The position numbers and the translations under genes were made by a program. DNA of 64,000 bases from Iphione sp. A-MEVVRFRX5 (lineage: Eukaryota), in the NCBI GenBank assembly GCA_976226885.1, contig OZ320319.1:45818001-45882000 (forward strand), in the 5' to 3' direction. The first letter of the stretch is position 1. Every line of letters starts with the position of its first letter. Shown in pieces: positions 47,701 through 56,329 of this stretch. The notes beneath the pieces were generated by a model. It was not told the DNA's origin and did not search any database. It worked only from the letters and a program-made list of their open reading frames with translations.

Positions 47701-48723
47701 CCGCCGCCGGAGACCACCACTCAGCCCTCGGAGCCTGGCCGGGCTCCGCCGATGGGGCCCCAACCCGAGGCGCCCGGGCAGCCGCTGACGCCAGCGGAGC
47801 CCGACGCTGGAACTGAGCCTACCCCCCCGGTACTCCCGGGACGGCGCATGGAAGCAGGGGCAGGGGAGACCCTGCCCAAGGAGATCCCCCCGGCACCCCC
47901 GGGACGGCGAGGGGAGGAGCCGGCACCTGTCCAGCCGGACCCTCCCGTGGAGATCCCCCCGGAGCTTCCGGGACGGCGCGCAGCAGACAGGCCAGACGCT
48001 CTGGCCCCTACCGAGGAACTCCCCCCGGGGCCCCCGGGACGGCGAATTGAGGCGGAGCCCGATGCTGGGGCTCCCCCTCAGGATGTCCCCCCGGCACTCC
48101 CGGGATGGCGGATGGATGAAGGGCCCGGGGACGAGGCCCCGGGCCCGGCCCTCCCCCCGGCACTCCCGGGACGGCGACTGCCGGCGACTGGAGGCGGGAC
48201 TGGCGCACCGGCTCAACCCTTGGCTACCAGTACTCCCGTGGGGGACCCCCCCGGAGCGGCCCAACCGCGGATAGGGCCGGCCCTGGCGGGCCCCGACCGT
48301 CGGGCTGAAGTGCGGCCCGGAGCCCGCAGACAGCTCCTGTTGGACCCTGCCACCGTGCCGGTGGCGGTGACCCGTTGGGCGCATGCCCGAGTGGTCACCC
48401 CCAGGACCTCACCCCCTGCCGGGTGGCGTATTGTTACGGCGGAGGGGACTGCCACCGTGACCCCTCAAAGGGACCATATTCGTGCTAGGTTCCGGCAGGG
48501 GGTGCAGTTGCTATTACGGACAGCCGACCCTGTGGATGCGGAGGAGCCGGGGCACTGGCTGCAGGACAGAGGGATTGCCGATCCCAGCCTGGACATCTCT
48601 CAGGTCTCCTCCGAACTGTCCTCTCGCCTATTGGAGCCCGAACGAGTGGAGTTGTCGTTGGAGGAAGAGTTCCAGGTGGTGGCCAGGCCAGTACAGGCCC
48701 CGGCCGCAGCTGCAGAGCGCTGA
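41638..48723 (+). CDS. pol: Pol (PR-RT-RH-IN) with a ~1150-aa C-terminal extension; -1 frame relative to gag
   Basis: LVDTGAS, YLDD, DTDAS, integrase HHCC and D-S(D>N)QG-E region, SH3-like tail ending near 45280; the frame stays open to 48723. Confidence 0.95.
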   Translation: MLQLRGARAFQAQLSPALEGATVGKRGSGRPSPVERAASLQPHLEEHLRMIRLSCEREVTLEGESGPATNITLPSTIDGRIVPWLVDTGASLTLLSEEVADTLSLGELEPTVGRILCADGKPLRVKGRTRLKASFQGIELEVKAWVAQIDCPAILGLDTLRKWKAQVDTEGAALRVRVPEDNGASGCRAELAEDCHLDGRSAVQAPLRWTGLETDTGPVVVEASPEWEGRSGMLLARTVCQAGSQSGVAEITNPGPVGRRLRKGTVVGRVQRVDGPVRVVPESEGVADEDVELGPALRTLLERLPPMTTDERQGVEQMLRRNARCFQEDGQPLGHTDTVQHRIDVQGHAPIRQRVRRLPPAKKALVQQEVNRMLQQGVLEASTSPWASPVVLVRKKDQSWRFCIDYRALNRVTKKDAYPLPRIDETLDALEGARFFSAIDLASGYWQVGVRPEGREKTAVCTPGGLYQFRVMPFGLCNAPSTFERLMEAVLRGLVGQSCLVYLDDVIVIGRTVEEMTRRLDDVFSRLGEAGLKVKPQKCQLFQGEVAYLGHRVSEEGVQPDPEKIRAIQEWPPPRCITELRSFIGLCSYYRSFVEGFAMLAAPLHGLLEKGQEYRWDAECQQAFEQLKERLVTAPVLAYPRPEGQLVLDTDASAAGIGAVLSQEQQGRERVLAYASRSLARPEKNYCVTRKELLAVVFGLRKFRSYVGGRKVVIRTDHSSLRWLCSFKEPEGQLAHWLEEVHCYDLEVIHRPGRKHGNADGLSRVKCPQCGRDPEEDLPTLGQVATVSVAPAALDSLAQAQKAEPEVAALIRAWEAEEPLPGLTGSDSPEGRWLKSESRRLRMKDDLLCRRWEAEDGTLYYQAYVPQPLRYDIWREVHAGALGGHLGAEKTEGALRRKYCWPGLRRDVGRWVKACRECQERQDPARRHRAPLQLRVAPAPWEFVAVDVCGPFPETERGNKYIIVVADHFTKWTEAFPTPEVTAAKTADVLLREIICRYGPPRILHSNQGRNFEAAVMRELLQLLGIQRSRTTPYHPQSDGVVERFNRTLLGMLAKVVREDQSDWDLRVPFVLAAYRATPHCTTGFSPNWLTLQRETTLPVELMVGSPRDEPRSASDYAKQIRERYIQGHQLARRHLQKSAERQKDLYDQRVREQEFDVGDQVWVYSPIKKKGRSPKLQSRWLGPWTVQARLSAVIYRISRNQKTRVVHADLLKKAVSPSSEEEERLGRVCVVTLMPDADAAPEGAGPPAVPPPRWYRCRPKTTGQPPVVPHKSTRDSRMPPPQQRPPIRRIPQGWVDLVARELRLLSDRTCQVLLQSREVAGRKTGEKPGPRPGAYRRAWQRLRGIRRRLRRQYGGRAVQHLVETLWRKIGERRHPAWGRRQLKTSSGTRPGPEAEHALTGRSPPRARAPGGDYTALRRHPANQKQTRESSTNQRLAELALQGYKLAALEGAIHSVHRRAPPTQRYFPNIPRPELSTSAEVSAEFDRSPTKSLPELADQRSSPPEVSGARSAEVALPEPEKTMTSGGRAQYCQYCGYISDKPGNFDRHMLTHGKQGFVRRCPVPRCQGAHFGRRDDFRRHLENKHKQDADNPLVLGQDVDLEFIDLASGQNVSVPESRREEYQRQLKVEAYEREKEAAMIRGEAPPPRPKLARKPPRGRKASAAAGRPPPPPRDDDPEVDEDVEEETGVTEGPRLRPRAGRGGQVSSTVATPGAGRPPVTPGSSASVDIPLFGLDVSPEAPEGRIGRKVRKAAGKAASRGTSAGETAAVPTPAKPAAQGSTSAVSTPGAARVRGLPPTRSRPAESSGEWPTPSTPGKDLDFQAMRDEADRRKRRYQPQTSPVTPASLPSPAKKVANITSSTMSPLHRAVIAAGIRDRTPQSTPASASSSYSEAARELDAWLGEEWENVEREERPTDVVVIGSDPESEDETQVEDATAASEPLAEQLSASPGTPCGRIHYARLDVAGGAPADDAAAEDVPLSEGEAALTLAELAEEELRPELPAIETEPGGARPEPAEPAPAPPPETTTQPSEPGRAPPMGPQPEAPGQPLTPAEPDAGTEPTPPVLPGRRMEAGAGETLPKEIPPAPPGRRGEEPAPVQPDPPVEIPPELPGRRAADRPDALAPTEELPPGPPGRRIEAEPDAGAPPQDVPPALPGWRMDEGPGDEAPGPALPPALPGRRLPATGGGTGAPAQPLATSTPVGDPPGAAQPRIGPALAGPDRRAEVRPGARRQLLLDPATVPVAVTRWAHARVVTPRTSPPAGWRIVTAEGTATVTPQRDHIRARFRQGVQLLLRTADPVDAEEPGHWLQDRGIADPSLDISQVSSELSSRLLEPERVELSLEEEFQVVARPVQAPAAAAER
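41707..41751 (+). promoter_or_regulatory. -1 ribosomal frameshift signal
   Basis: G GGA AAC in the gag frame, 8-nt spacer, stem GGCCGCCC / GGGCGGCC. Confidence 0.8.
45902..46001 (+). promoter_or_regulatory. Predicted internal Pol II core promoter inside pol
   Basis: CCAATCAG at 45902 and 45932, TATAAG at 45967, TCATTC Inr with +1 A at 45998 (31 bp from TATA). Confidence 0.7.
46204..48723 (+). CDS. Putative stand-alone 839-aa C2H2 zinc-finger accessory protein (same frame as pol)
   Basis: First ATG after the predicted internal TSS (accATG); C-x2-C-x12-H-x3-H at 46231-46293 and C-x4-C-x13-H-x4-H at 46318-46392. Confidence 0.72.
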   Translation: MTSGGRAQYCQYCGYISDKPGNFDRHMLTHGKQGFVRRCPVPRCQGAHFGRRDDFRRHLENKHKQDADNPLVLGQDVDLEFIDLASGQNVSVPESRREEYQRQLKVEAYEREKEAAMIRGEAPPPRPKLARKPPRGRKASAAAGRPPPPPRDDDPEVDEDVEEETGVTEGPRLRPRAGRGGQVSSTVATPGAGRPPVTPGSSASVDIPLFGLDVSPEAPEGRIGRKVRKAAGKAASRGTSAGETAAVPTPAKPAAQGSTSAVSTPGAARVRGLPPTRSRPAESSGEWPTPSTPGKDLDFQAMRDEADRRKRRYQPQTSPVTPASLPSPAKKVANITSSTMSPLHRAVIAAGIRDRTPQSTPASASSSYSEAARELDAWLGEEWENVEREERPTDVVVIGSDPESEDETQVEDATAASEPLAEQLSASPGTPCGRIHYARLDVAGGAPADDAAAEDVPLSEGEAALTLAELAEEELRPELPAIETEPGGARPEPAEPAPAPPPETTTQPSEPGRAPPMGPQPEAPGQPLTPAEPDAGTEPTPPVLPGRRMEAGAGETLPKEIPPAPPGRRGEEPAPVQPDPPVEIPPELPGRRAADRPDALAPTEELPPGPPGRRIEAEPDAGAPPQDVPPALPGWRMDEGPGDEAPGPALPPALPGRRLPATGGGTGAPAQPLATSTPVGDPPGAAQPRIGPALAGPDRRAEVRPGARRQLLLDPATVPVAVTRWAHARVVTPRTSPPAGWRIVTAEGTATVTPQRDHIRARFRQGVQLLLRTADPVDAEEPGHWLQDRGIADPSLDISQVSSELSSRLLEPERVELSLEEEFQVVARPVQAPAAAAER

Positions 48724-48740
48724 GTTGTTTACCGTTATGT

Positions 48741-48945
48741 TGGTCAGTACAGACCTCTTTACTCAAAGTAAGGTTTTTCCAGTAATAAGAAGATGGTTCA
48801 CGGATTTGTTGGCTGGTCAGTACAGACCTCTTTGCTCAAGTAAGGTTTTTCCAGTAATAAGAAGATGGTTCACGAATTTGTTGGTTGGTCAGTACAGACC
48901 TTTTTGCCCAAGTAGGGTTCAGCAGTAAGAAGATAGTCGATGGAT
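48741..48945 (+). repeat. 72-73 bp tandem repeat x3 in the element's 3' UTR
   Basis: TGGTCAGTACAGACCT at 48741, 48814 and 48886. Confidence 0.9.
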
Positions 48946-49006
48946 TTATTTAAGATTTATTCAAGTAGTAGTGGCTCAGGGACTGAGCCCTCTTGGGCGG
49001 GGGTAA

Positions 49007-49193
49007 TGTTGCGGGCTCCGCTCACCGGAGCCCGCTGTTGGCGGAAATTGTGAAATTGGGGCTCCGCCCGGAGTAGCATTCTGTATATAAGTCGGGCCGG
49101 GCGGAGCTTCGTTGTCATTTGTGTCCTACCCTTAAAGTAATAAACTTCATCAACTGTTATCTGGAAGTCATGTCTCTTCGATCGGGGCGAACA
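49007..49193 (+). repeat. 3' LTR (187 bp)
   Basis: Identical to 40315-40501 by eye; preceded by GGGCGGGGG PPT. Confidence 0.97.
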
Positions 49194-49739
49194 ATATCAT
49201 CATCTGGTGTCAGGTAGGCCCGTTCTTTACATAGTAGAGAGGTCAGTACGGCCTCTCGGTGAGCCCCATTAGCTGAGAGGTGATGGTTCTTTATACACCA
49301 TACCCAGGTTTCTATGTTGCATAGCAAACTGGTGCAACAGAGGCAGTGGCATCACGGATGTGTAGGGTGAGAGGCCTGCCCTTCCCAAAAGAGCAGCATC
49401 CCTCACACCATCACTGAGACATTGGTTCTTTGCCAATGTCTTGAGTGGTTTCCCAGATTGTCTCAGTTGGCAGTGCAAGGATATCCCACACTGGTCGATA
49501 GCCTCATGGGTGCTACATTGGATTCTGTCTTCTTGTATCCCATGGTTATCTGCTTTGTGATGTTCCTGGGCTGGCTTCCACATGGTTCTGGGGCCGTTTC
49601 CTGAATGCAAAAATTTAATCATGGGTATTAGGGTACCGTAATTAAGTTAAGAACATTCTTAATATTTAATCTGCATTCTTAGATTGTAGGATGTAGTTTT
49701 GTGTCCTGAATGGGGCCCTGAGATTCCCTAAACCCTTTT

Positions 49740-50600
49740 ATGACCCTTACAGGGCTGCCTGATGCTGTCATGGTTCCTGTGTCCATGATGTGGCTGACCA
49801 TGGCTGGCATGGGGCTGCCTATGGCTGACATGGAGCCATCTGTGGTCATTATGGTGTCATCTATGACCACCACAGGACTGTCTTTTGCTGTCATGGTTCC
49901 TGTATCCATAACAGGGCTGGCCATGGCTGGCATGGGGCTGGCCATGGCTGGTATGGGACTGGCCATGGCTGGTACAGGGCCATCTGTGGTCATTATGTTG
50001 CTGTCTGTGACTGTTACCCAGTCACAGACAGCATCATGATGGCCACAGATGGCCCTCTACCAACCATGGCCAGCTCCATGCTAGCCATGGCCAGCCATAT
50101 CACAGATGCAGGGACCATGACAGCAACACACCCTATGACATTCACAGGCAGCACCATGATAGCCAAAGATAGGCCAATGCCAGGCATAGGTAGCCCATGT
50201 TAGCCATGGTCAGGCCATGCCAGCCATGGCCAGCCCAATTATGGACACTGAGACCAAGACAACAAAAGGCAGCCCTGTGACAGTCACAGACAGCACCATG
50301 ATTGCCACAGATGGCCCTATGTCAGCCATTGCCAGTCCTATGCCAGCCAAGGCCAGCCCCATACTAGGAATGGCCAGCCCCATCATGATCACAAGGACCA
50401 TGGCAGCAACAGACAACCCTGTCATGTTCATAGATGGCACCATGATGGCTACAGATGGCCCTGTGCCAGTCATAGGCAGTCCATGGCAGCCATGGCCAGT
50501 CCCATGCCAGCTATGGCCAGCCCCATACCAGCCATGGCCAGCCCCATCATGATCACAGGGACCATGACAGCAACAGACAGTTCTATGATGGTCATAGATG
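49740..50600. repeat. Fold-back minisatellite (21-bp subunits in ~130-150 bp units; orientation flips at 50016)
   Basis: GGCTGGCCATGG units on the left, CCATGGCCAGCC on the right; perfect 15-bp stem 49999-50013/50019-50033. Confidence 0.85.
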
Positions 50601-50699
50601 ACACTACTCTTAATCTTACCCTTCTAGTGAGATTAAATAATGCATGGTTAACTGCTATGCAGGAACACATTTGGGGTGATTAAACAGTGGTACCATGAT

Positions 50700-52660
50700 T
50701 AAAAGTTAATTGTTAATGGTCAGCATAAGAAGACCCCGTGATGGTCCTGTACTGGACCGTGGCTGCGTGGAACTTCTCAAAGACCGCGCCTACTTCTTTG
50801 AGAAATGGCGGAAGGAAGGTTGCATAGACAGCTGGCGAATCTTTAGATTCCTGAACTGCAAAGTGGCAGCTGCCATGAGAAGGAACCAGAAATTTTTCTG
50901 GGAAAACAAGCTAGCTCAAGTGAGAGGTGACACAGCCAAAACATGGTCCGTGCTAAATGAAGCCACAGGCAGAGCGACCACCACCGACAGCCTCCCTGAC
51001 ACAGTTGCGTCGGAAAGGGAGCATGGCGTTTCTCTAGCAACAGCATTTAACAACTATTTTGTCAATGATGTCAATGCGCTAGTGCCAAATCATGCCAATG
51101 GCCCATCCTTTCCAACAAATAAAGCTGGTGTGGGCTTTGAGATAACGCCGCCTTGACCCATTGATGTACGGAACTTGGTCCAAAAAATCAATGTTCACAA
51201 GTCATCTGGGTTGGAAGGCATCCCAACAAAAATCTTGAAGCCGTTCTTCCTACTATGCCCTGAATTCTTGGCCTGGATCTATGCGAGATTTCTCTCAACC
51301 GGCATTTATCCTCAGAGCTGGAAACTAGCCCCTGTGACCCCGGTCCACAAACGGGGTGCAGTAGACGTTCTAGGTAACTACCGGCCGGTTTCAATCTTGC
51401 CCTTGCCGGGCAAGATCTGTGAACACTGGTTCACTGAGAGAATCAGCACCTATGTGGAATGGACAGGATTCCTTGCAGGATGCCAACACGGCTTCAGACA
51501 GGGACGGGGGACGGAGACGGCAATTACATCCCTATTGGGTGAGATTGCCACGCAGATCAATGCCAAAAGCTACATTTGTCTCCTTATGTGTGACTTAAAG
51601 AAGGCGTTCAATCTTGTCCCACATGACTCCATCCTCACACGCCTCAGACAGGCAGGGTTTGGACAGCGAACTATTCAGCTAATTGCCGGGTATCTTGCAG
51701 ACAGGGTCCAGTTTGTGCGTTGTGGGGGCAAGGACTCGGGAGTGCTACCCCTCAAACAAGGAGTCCCCCAGGGGTCCATTTTTGGACCCACAGCATTCAA
51801 TCTGGTGATCAACTCAATCACTGGGGTAATTGGCAATGCATGTCGACCAATACTTTATGCTGACAACCTCACAGTTGTCATAACTGCCAAGGACCTGCTT
51901 CGGTTAAGATGGCGCTCAAATGAGGTCCTACGTTGCATCCAGAGCTGGTGCCTCGATGAAGGCCTGCTGCTGAGTATCCCAAAATGTTCGTATTGCACTG
52001 TGGGGCGCGTGGCCAAGGTCCCACTTGATCTTGAGCTGAACGGCGAGGAGCTAAACCGCCCTGTGAACCCCAAGCTACTCGGATACATCATTGACGGCTG
52101 CCTAAAAATGAGAGTCAGGCTAAAGTAGGTTGTGTCCAAGAGCTGGGCCATGGCCATCCGACTTTCACGACTCAAGAATGTGCTGCCTCTGTCCACGTGC
52201 GAACTGTTGTTCAAAAGTCTGATAATGTCTCTTTTTCACTTTCATGCAGTCACCTGGTTTGGGCTATCTTCTTCTGACTAGATCAGACTCCAGGTGCACT
52301 TGAACCGATGCATAAGACTGAGCCTCCAGATGAACCCTCAACAATCAGCAATGACTATCGCGAGGAGACTGGGAATCCCGCGTATCAAAGACCTGGTCTG
52401 CATGCGTGGGCTAATTGCTGTCCACAACCTGGTCAAGCTGGGCCTTGTGCAGCTTGGTGCACCAGGGAAAACACGCTATACTAATGAGACGCGTGGACTC
52501 CTAACACGTCCGAGAACTTCATTGTTTCGAGCGTCACTCCAGTATGAGGGCGTACGTCGCTGGAACACGCTACCGTCTGAACTGAGGGGCTGCCCTCGAC
52601 TCACTATCAAAACACTTACTAGGTTAACTGTGGACGGTGAACCCACATGGGGTTCCTAGT
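50700..52660 (+). mobile_element. 5'-truncated CR1/L2-group LINE, disrupted RT ORF
   Basis: GNYRPVSILP, QHGFRQGR, DLKKAF, GVPQGSIFGP, LYADN, GVRRWNTLP; internal stops. Confidence 0.9.
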
Positions 52661-53129
52661 AACCCTATCATAACCTCCAGCTTCACACCTCCACCCCACA
52701 GGGTTGTCTGTGTCTCACAAGAGAGTCTCGCCATACGGCTCTATTGGGTGTTGTAGGCTGTAGTTACAGTGTTCCCAGGGAGGGAGGTGGGGGGGAGAAT
52801 TTGATAGGCACAGGGTGATGGCAAGCAGTGCATGCTTACTCACGTACCGGAGTACTCTCAGTTGCACTGCCTGAGATTTACTAGATCTCCCTATCGTACT
52901 TTTAGCACTTTAGGTGGGAGAAAGGGGCACAAATAAGGATCATGTTAAGGTACCACTGACATTAGATATGACCTCACTGACCAGACCCTATGTTACTCAG
53001 CAACTCTAGCAACTCAATCTAAGGTCACGTTCCTGGTCAATGTACCCATACTAACTCCATCAGTGAGCATCAATAAAGATGGTGCTGGAGATGGCTTAAG
53101 GTAGCTATATTATTTCTGTCCATAGTCAT

Positions 53130-53600
53130 CATCATGGATGGAGCCCACACTTCACTCGACTGGTTCAAGGAAAGTGACTCATGCCTTAAAGTTATGCCGT
53201 CGCTGTTACTCACTGATACATATAGTTAAATCGGTATCTGTGTCTAGATCCTACAATGACAATCATGCGTCAAAGAAATGCAATGTGTAAGATAGTTTCT
53301 GCCTGATATCTGACTATTGCTACATTTTCATTGTCGACTACTACAATAATTCCAAGGGCACCGCTGCCCCCATGCTATCCTCAACTGGTTCATGGAAAGT
53401 GACATGTGCCTTAAAGTTATGTCATAATTGTTACTTTCTGATGCATATGGCTAAATTTATTTCTTGTGTCTAGACCCTACGATGACTTTCTTGTACTAAA
53501 GAAATGCTATGTGTATAATGACCTCTACGTGATATCCGACTACAACTATTATCATCTTTAACCTACTACCATAATCCCAAGGGCACCGTTGCTGCTATTC
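53130..53600. repeat. Diverged ~225-bp tandem duplication
   Basis: CTGGTTCA.GGAAAGTGAC...CCTTAAAGTTATG...GTGTCTAGA...CCAAGGGCACCG present twice. Confidence 0.75.
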
Positions 53601-54479
53601 TCATTGTCTTGCCATGCATGTTCCCTCTGTACATAGGTTGCGTATCAACAATGACAACTCTGTATTGCACATGAGACGTTGAATAAACGCTTTTGAAATT
53701 GAAATTGAATTGCAGTACCAAAAATGCATTCTGGAATGCTGCTACTGCGATTAACTGCTCTACCGCAATTGACTTTTCTAAGACTGCTCTTAAGTTGCAT
53801 TCAGGAACCGGCCCCTGGTCCTGATGTCTTAGCAGCGAGTGATGCCTCAGTTGTGATGGTGACTGGTAAAGATTGAGGACCATTCATCCATGCATTATTG
53901 CTTATACCCCTGGGTAAATAGGCAGCTTTCATGATACTCAAGATTTGCCGTATCAGGGATCTGTGGAAATCTCAGATCACTTGTAATGTCAACCTCACAA
54001 TGCCCCGCCCCCTCCATGTTATCCCAGAATATTCCATTGGTGTGTTTCTCCAGGGTCTGATCAAACCTTCATGGTGTAACCAGTTGGCGAAACTATATAT
54101 AATCGCCATTTCTTGGAGCAATCTTAAGTTCTTAGGTTAAAAAAATAAGCATCATATGAATCGTCAACCAACTCAGAGACATAAACAACAGAGAGAAGAC
54201 TGGCAAGTTCATCATTCATAAAACTGACTTTCTAGGACCTAAAATGAATTGGCCTCGGTTGAACTGGGTGAAAAAGTATAAAGGCCAGACAAACCCTACC
54301 TATGGCTGAAGGACCACAGAGTCAAAGGTCAGAGACTGCCGTTACCTCAGCACAGAAGCAAGATTGCAAGTAACAAATGTCGGTGCTCACTTGAGAAGGC
54401 TGTTGAACATTGCTGCTTCACCAGATGATGAACTAATCATGTGACTATGGGATCAAGCGAAAACATTGGCTGTGTGGGA

Positions 54480-54840
54480 AGTCATGATGCTATAGTCTGA
54501 TAAGATACACTCAGTATTACAGTTGAATAGGGTAAGTCATGGTGCCACGGTCTGACAAGAGGTACTTGGTGACCCTGATACTGGTGTTAAGTGTGCAAAG
54601 TCGTGGTGCCACAGTCTGATAAGATGTACTTAGTGACCTCAGTCTTACAGTTGAATAGGATAAGTCGTGGTGCCATGGTCTGATGAGATGTACTTGGTGA
54701 CCCTGGTACTGGTGTTAAGTGTGCAAAGTCGTGGTGCCACAGTCTGATAAGATGTACTTGGTGACCTCAGTCTTACAGTTGAATAGGATAAGTCGCGCTG
54801 CCACAGTCAGAGATAGTGTACTCAGTGACCCTAAGACTGG
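54480..54840. repeat. Minisatellite, ~61-bp monomers arranged as ~122-bp dimers
   Basis: GTCGTGGTGCCA..GTCTGA.AAGA.GTACTT.GTGACC repeated with alternating tails. Confidence 0.85.
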
Positions 54841-54949
54841 GTTTGAGGTGCCCCAATGGGAGAAACCGTGGCACCACTGTTGGTTGTGGCAAAGAAAAAG
54901 TTAAAGGTGACCTTGGGCCCTGGTAATCCAGGCCCCTATTACTTTGTAG

Positions 54950-56060
54950 CTTTTGCCTATGCAGTGATTGGTGGAACAGAACAACACTGGACATGTTGTA
55001 GCAGTTTTATTCCATACATTGATACGTGGCCTGATCACATGACACTGTGGATTGCTATAAATAAAGGTCCAGTGTGGTAAATAAAGTCAGTCTGAACTTG
55101 GATTACGTTGTGGCACTTGTCTCTTCAGGGAATTGTAGGAACACAAAACCGCTTGGAGCAACCTTAAGGATGGGCTTGAAGACTACCTAGTGGAGCAATA
55201 CTAGTGAGGCAACTAAGCCAGAATATCAGCAGCCATACCCTGATACTACCGAGTGTAGAATTAAACACGCTTATTACAGCTGTTTATACATGAAAACTGA
55301 GAGGAAGGGCTTAGTCCTGCCTTTAGGTTTGATTGGTTAAACAGACGACCTTTGATAAGCAGACATACTTAAATACTGTAGGAAAGTTTGTGGTACCACC
55401 AGCATAAGGCTAAGTAAGTCTATTGTATCTTATGACAGTTCGTGGTACCACCAGCATAAGGCTAAGTAAGTCTGTTCATGGCACCACGAGAGTTTGGGGT
55501 GTACTAGTTGAACTCAGGAAGCTCGCTCGTGGCACCACCAGTGACTTATAGGCTAAAAATTGTACCCGAGGTCCCTGGGTAGCTAGAAGGTCACCTTGGA
55601 CCCTGGGGATCCAGGTCATTGATACTTTGTAACTAAACAGCTGTGAGCTGATTGGTAGGTAGTAATAACACAAGTCAGTTTGTAACCATTTTACTCTTCA
55701 TGTGATACATTGTTGCTATGGCGAGTGAACACCTGGTCTTGAGGTTTACTATAAATATGGGCCCTGTGTGGCCAATAAACCAGTCTGCACTTGGATACTG
55801 TTGTGGAACTTGTCTCTTCAGGGGAGTCATTAGGAACACATACCCACTTGGAGTACCTTAAGGGGAGACTTACCAGATAGTACTTCATTGGGAGGACCAG
55901 GAATAACTAAGCCAGGATTTGCTAACATATAGTTGGAGTTACTAAGTGGGAGCATTAACACACAAGCTACACTGGATTAGCCTGAATAGGACTAGACATA
56001 TCATAGTTGGAGTTACCAAGTGGGAGTACAAACACGCTTATTACAATACTGTTCTAATAA
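54950..56060. repeat. Diverged ~700-bp-period duplication
   Basis: CTATAAATA...CAGTCTG.ACTTGGAT...ACTTGTCTCTTCAGGG...GGAACACA at about 55050 and 55750. Confidence 0.6.
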
Positions 56061-56329
56061 TGAGAATAAGTAAATATAGTCGCTTTCTTACCATCATTGT
56101 TTTCCTTTTTTCTTGTTTGCCAATACAGTCTTCACCATCTTAGATTAGGCCTATAAGTCATGTGACCTGTCTTCACTAATCAGATTGAAGTAGGTTTCTT
56201 TACTTCCAGTTTGCTAGGATGCGGAATTACTTTGAAAATTGAAGAATTTAACTCTTATAACTAATTCATAATGTTTTTAACAAATGTGTCTATGACCCAT
56301 TTAATATATTTTAGTTGGTTTTGATTTGC

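Larger units (their letters stand above)
40315..49193 (+). mobile_element. Intact, very recent Ty3/Gypsy LTR retrotransposon (8.9 kb) carrying a C2H2 accessory protein
   Basis: Two 187-bp LTRs with no difference seen; ATAT TSD (40311-14, 49194-97); 18-nt PBS; G-rich PPT; uninterrupted gag and pol. Confidence 0.98.

Noticed and set aside
46245-48384. Long antisense ORFs (345 and 348 aa) in the young Gypsy
   Set aside because: Shadows of a very GC-rich coding strand; low complexity and no motifs
48741-48945. Repeat array as CRISPR-like
   Set aside because: Whole units are repeated with no unique spacers; eukaryotic retroelement context
49679-50683. PAMASPM-repeat ORFs as a mucin or antifreeze-like gene
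   Set aside because: Occur on both strands as a consequence of the 21-bp fold-back minisatellite; no splice or promoter support
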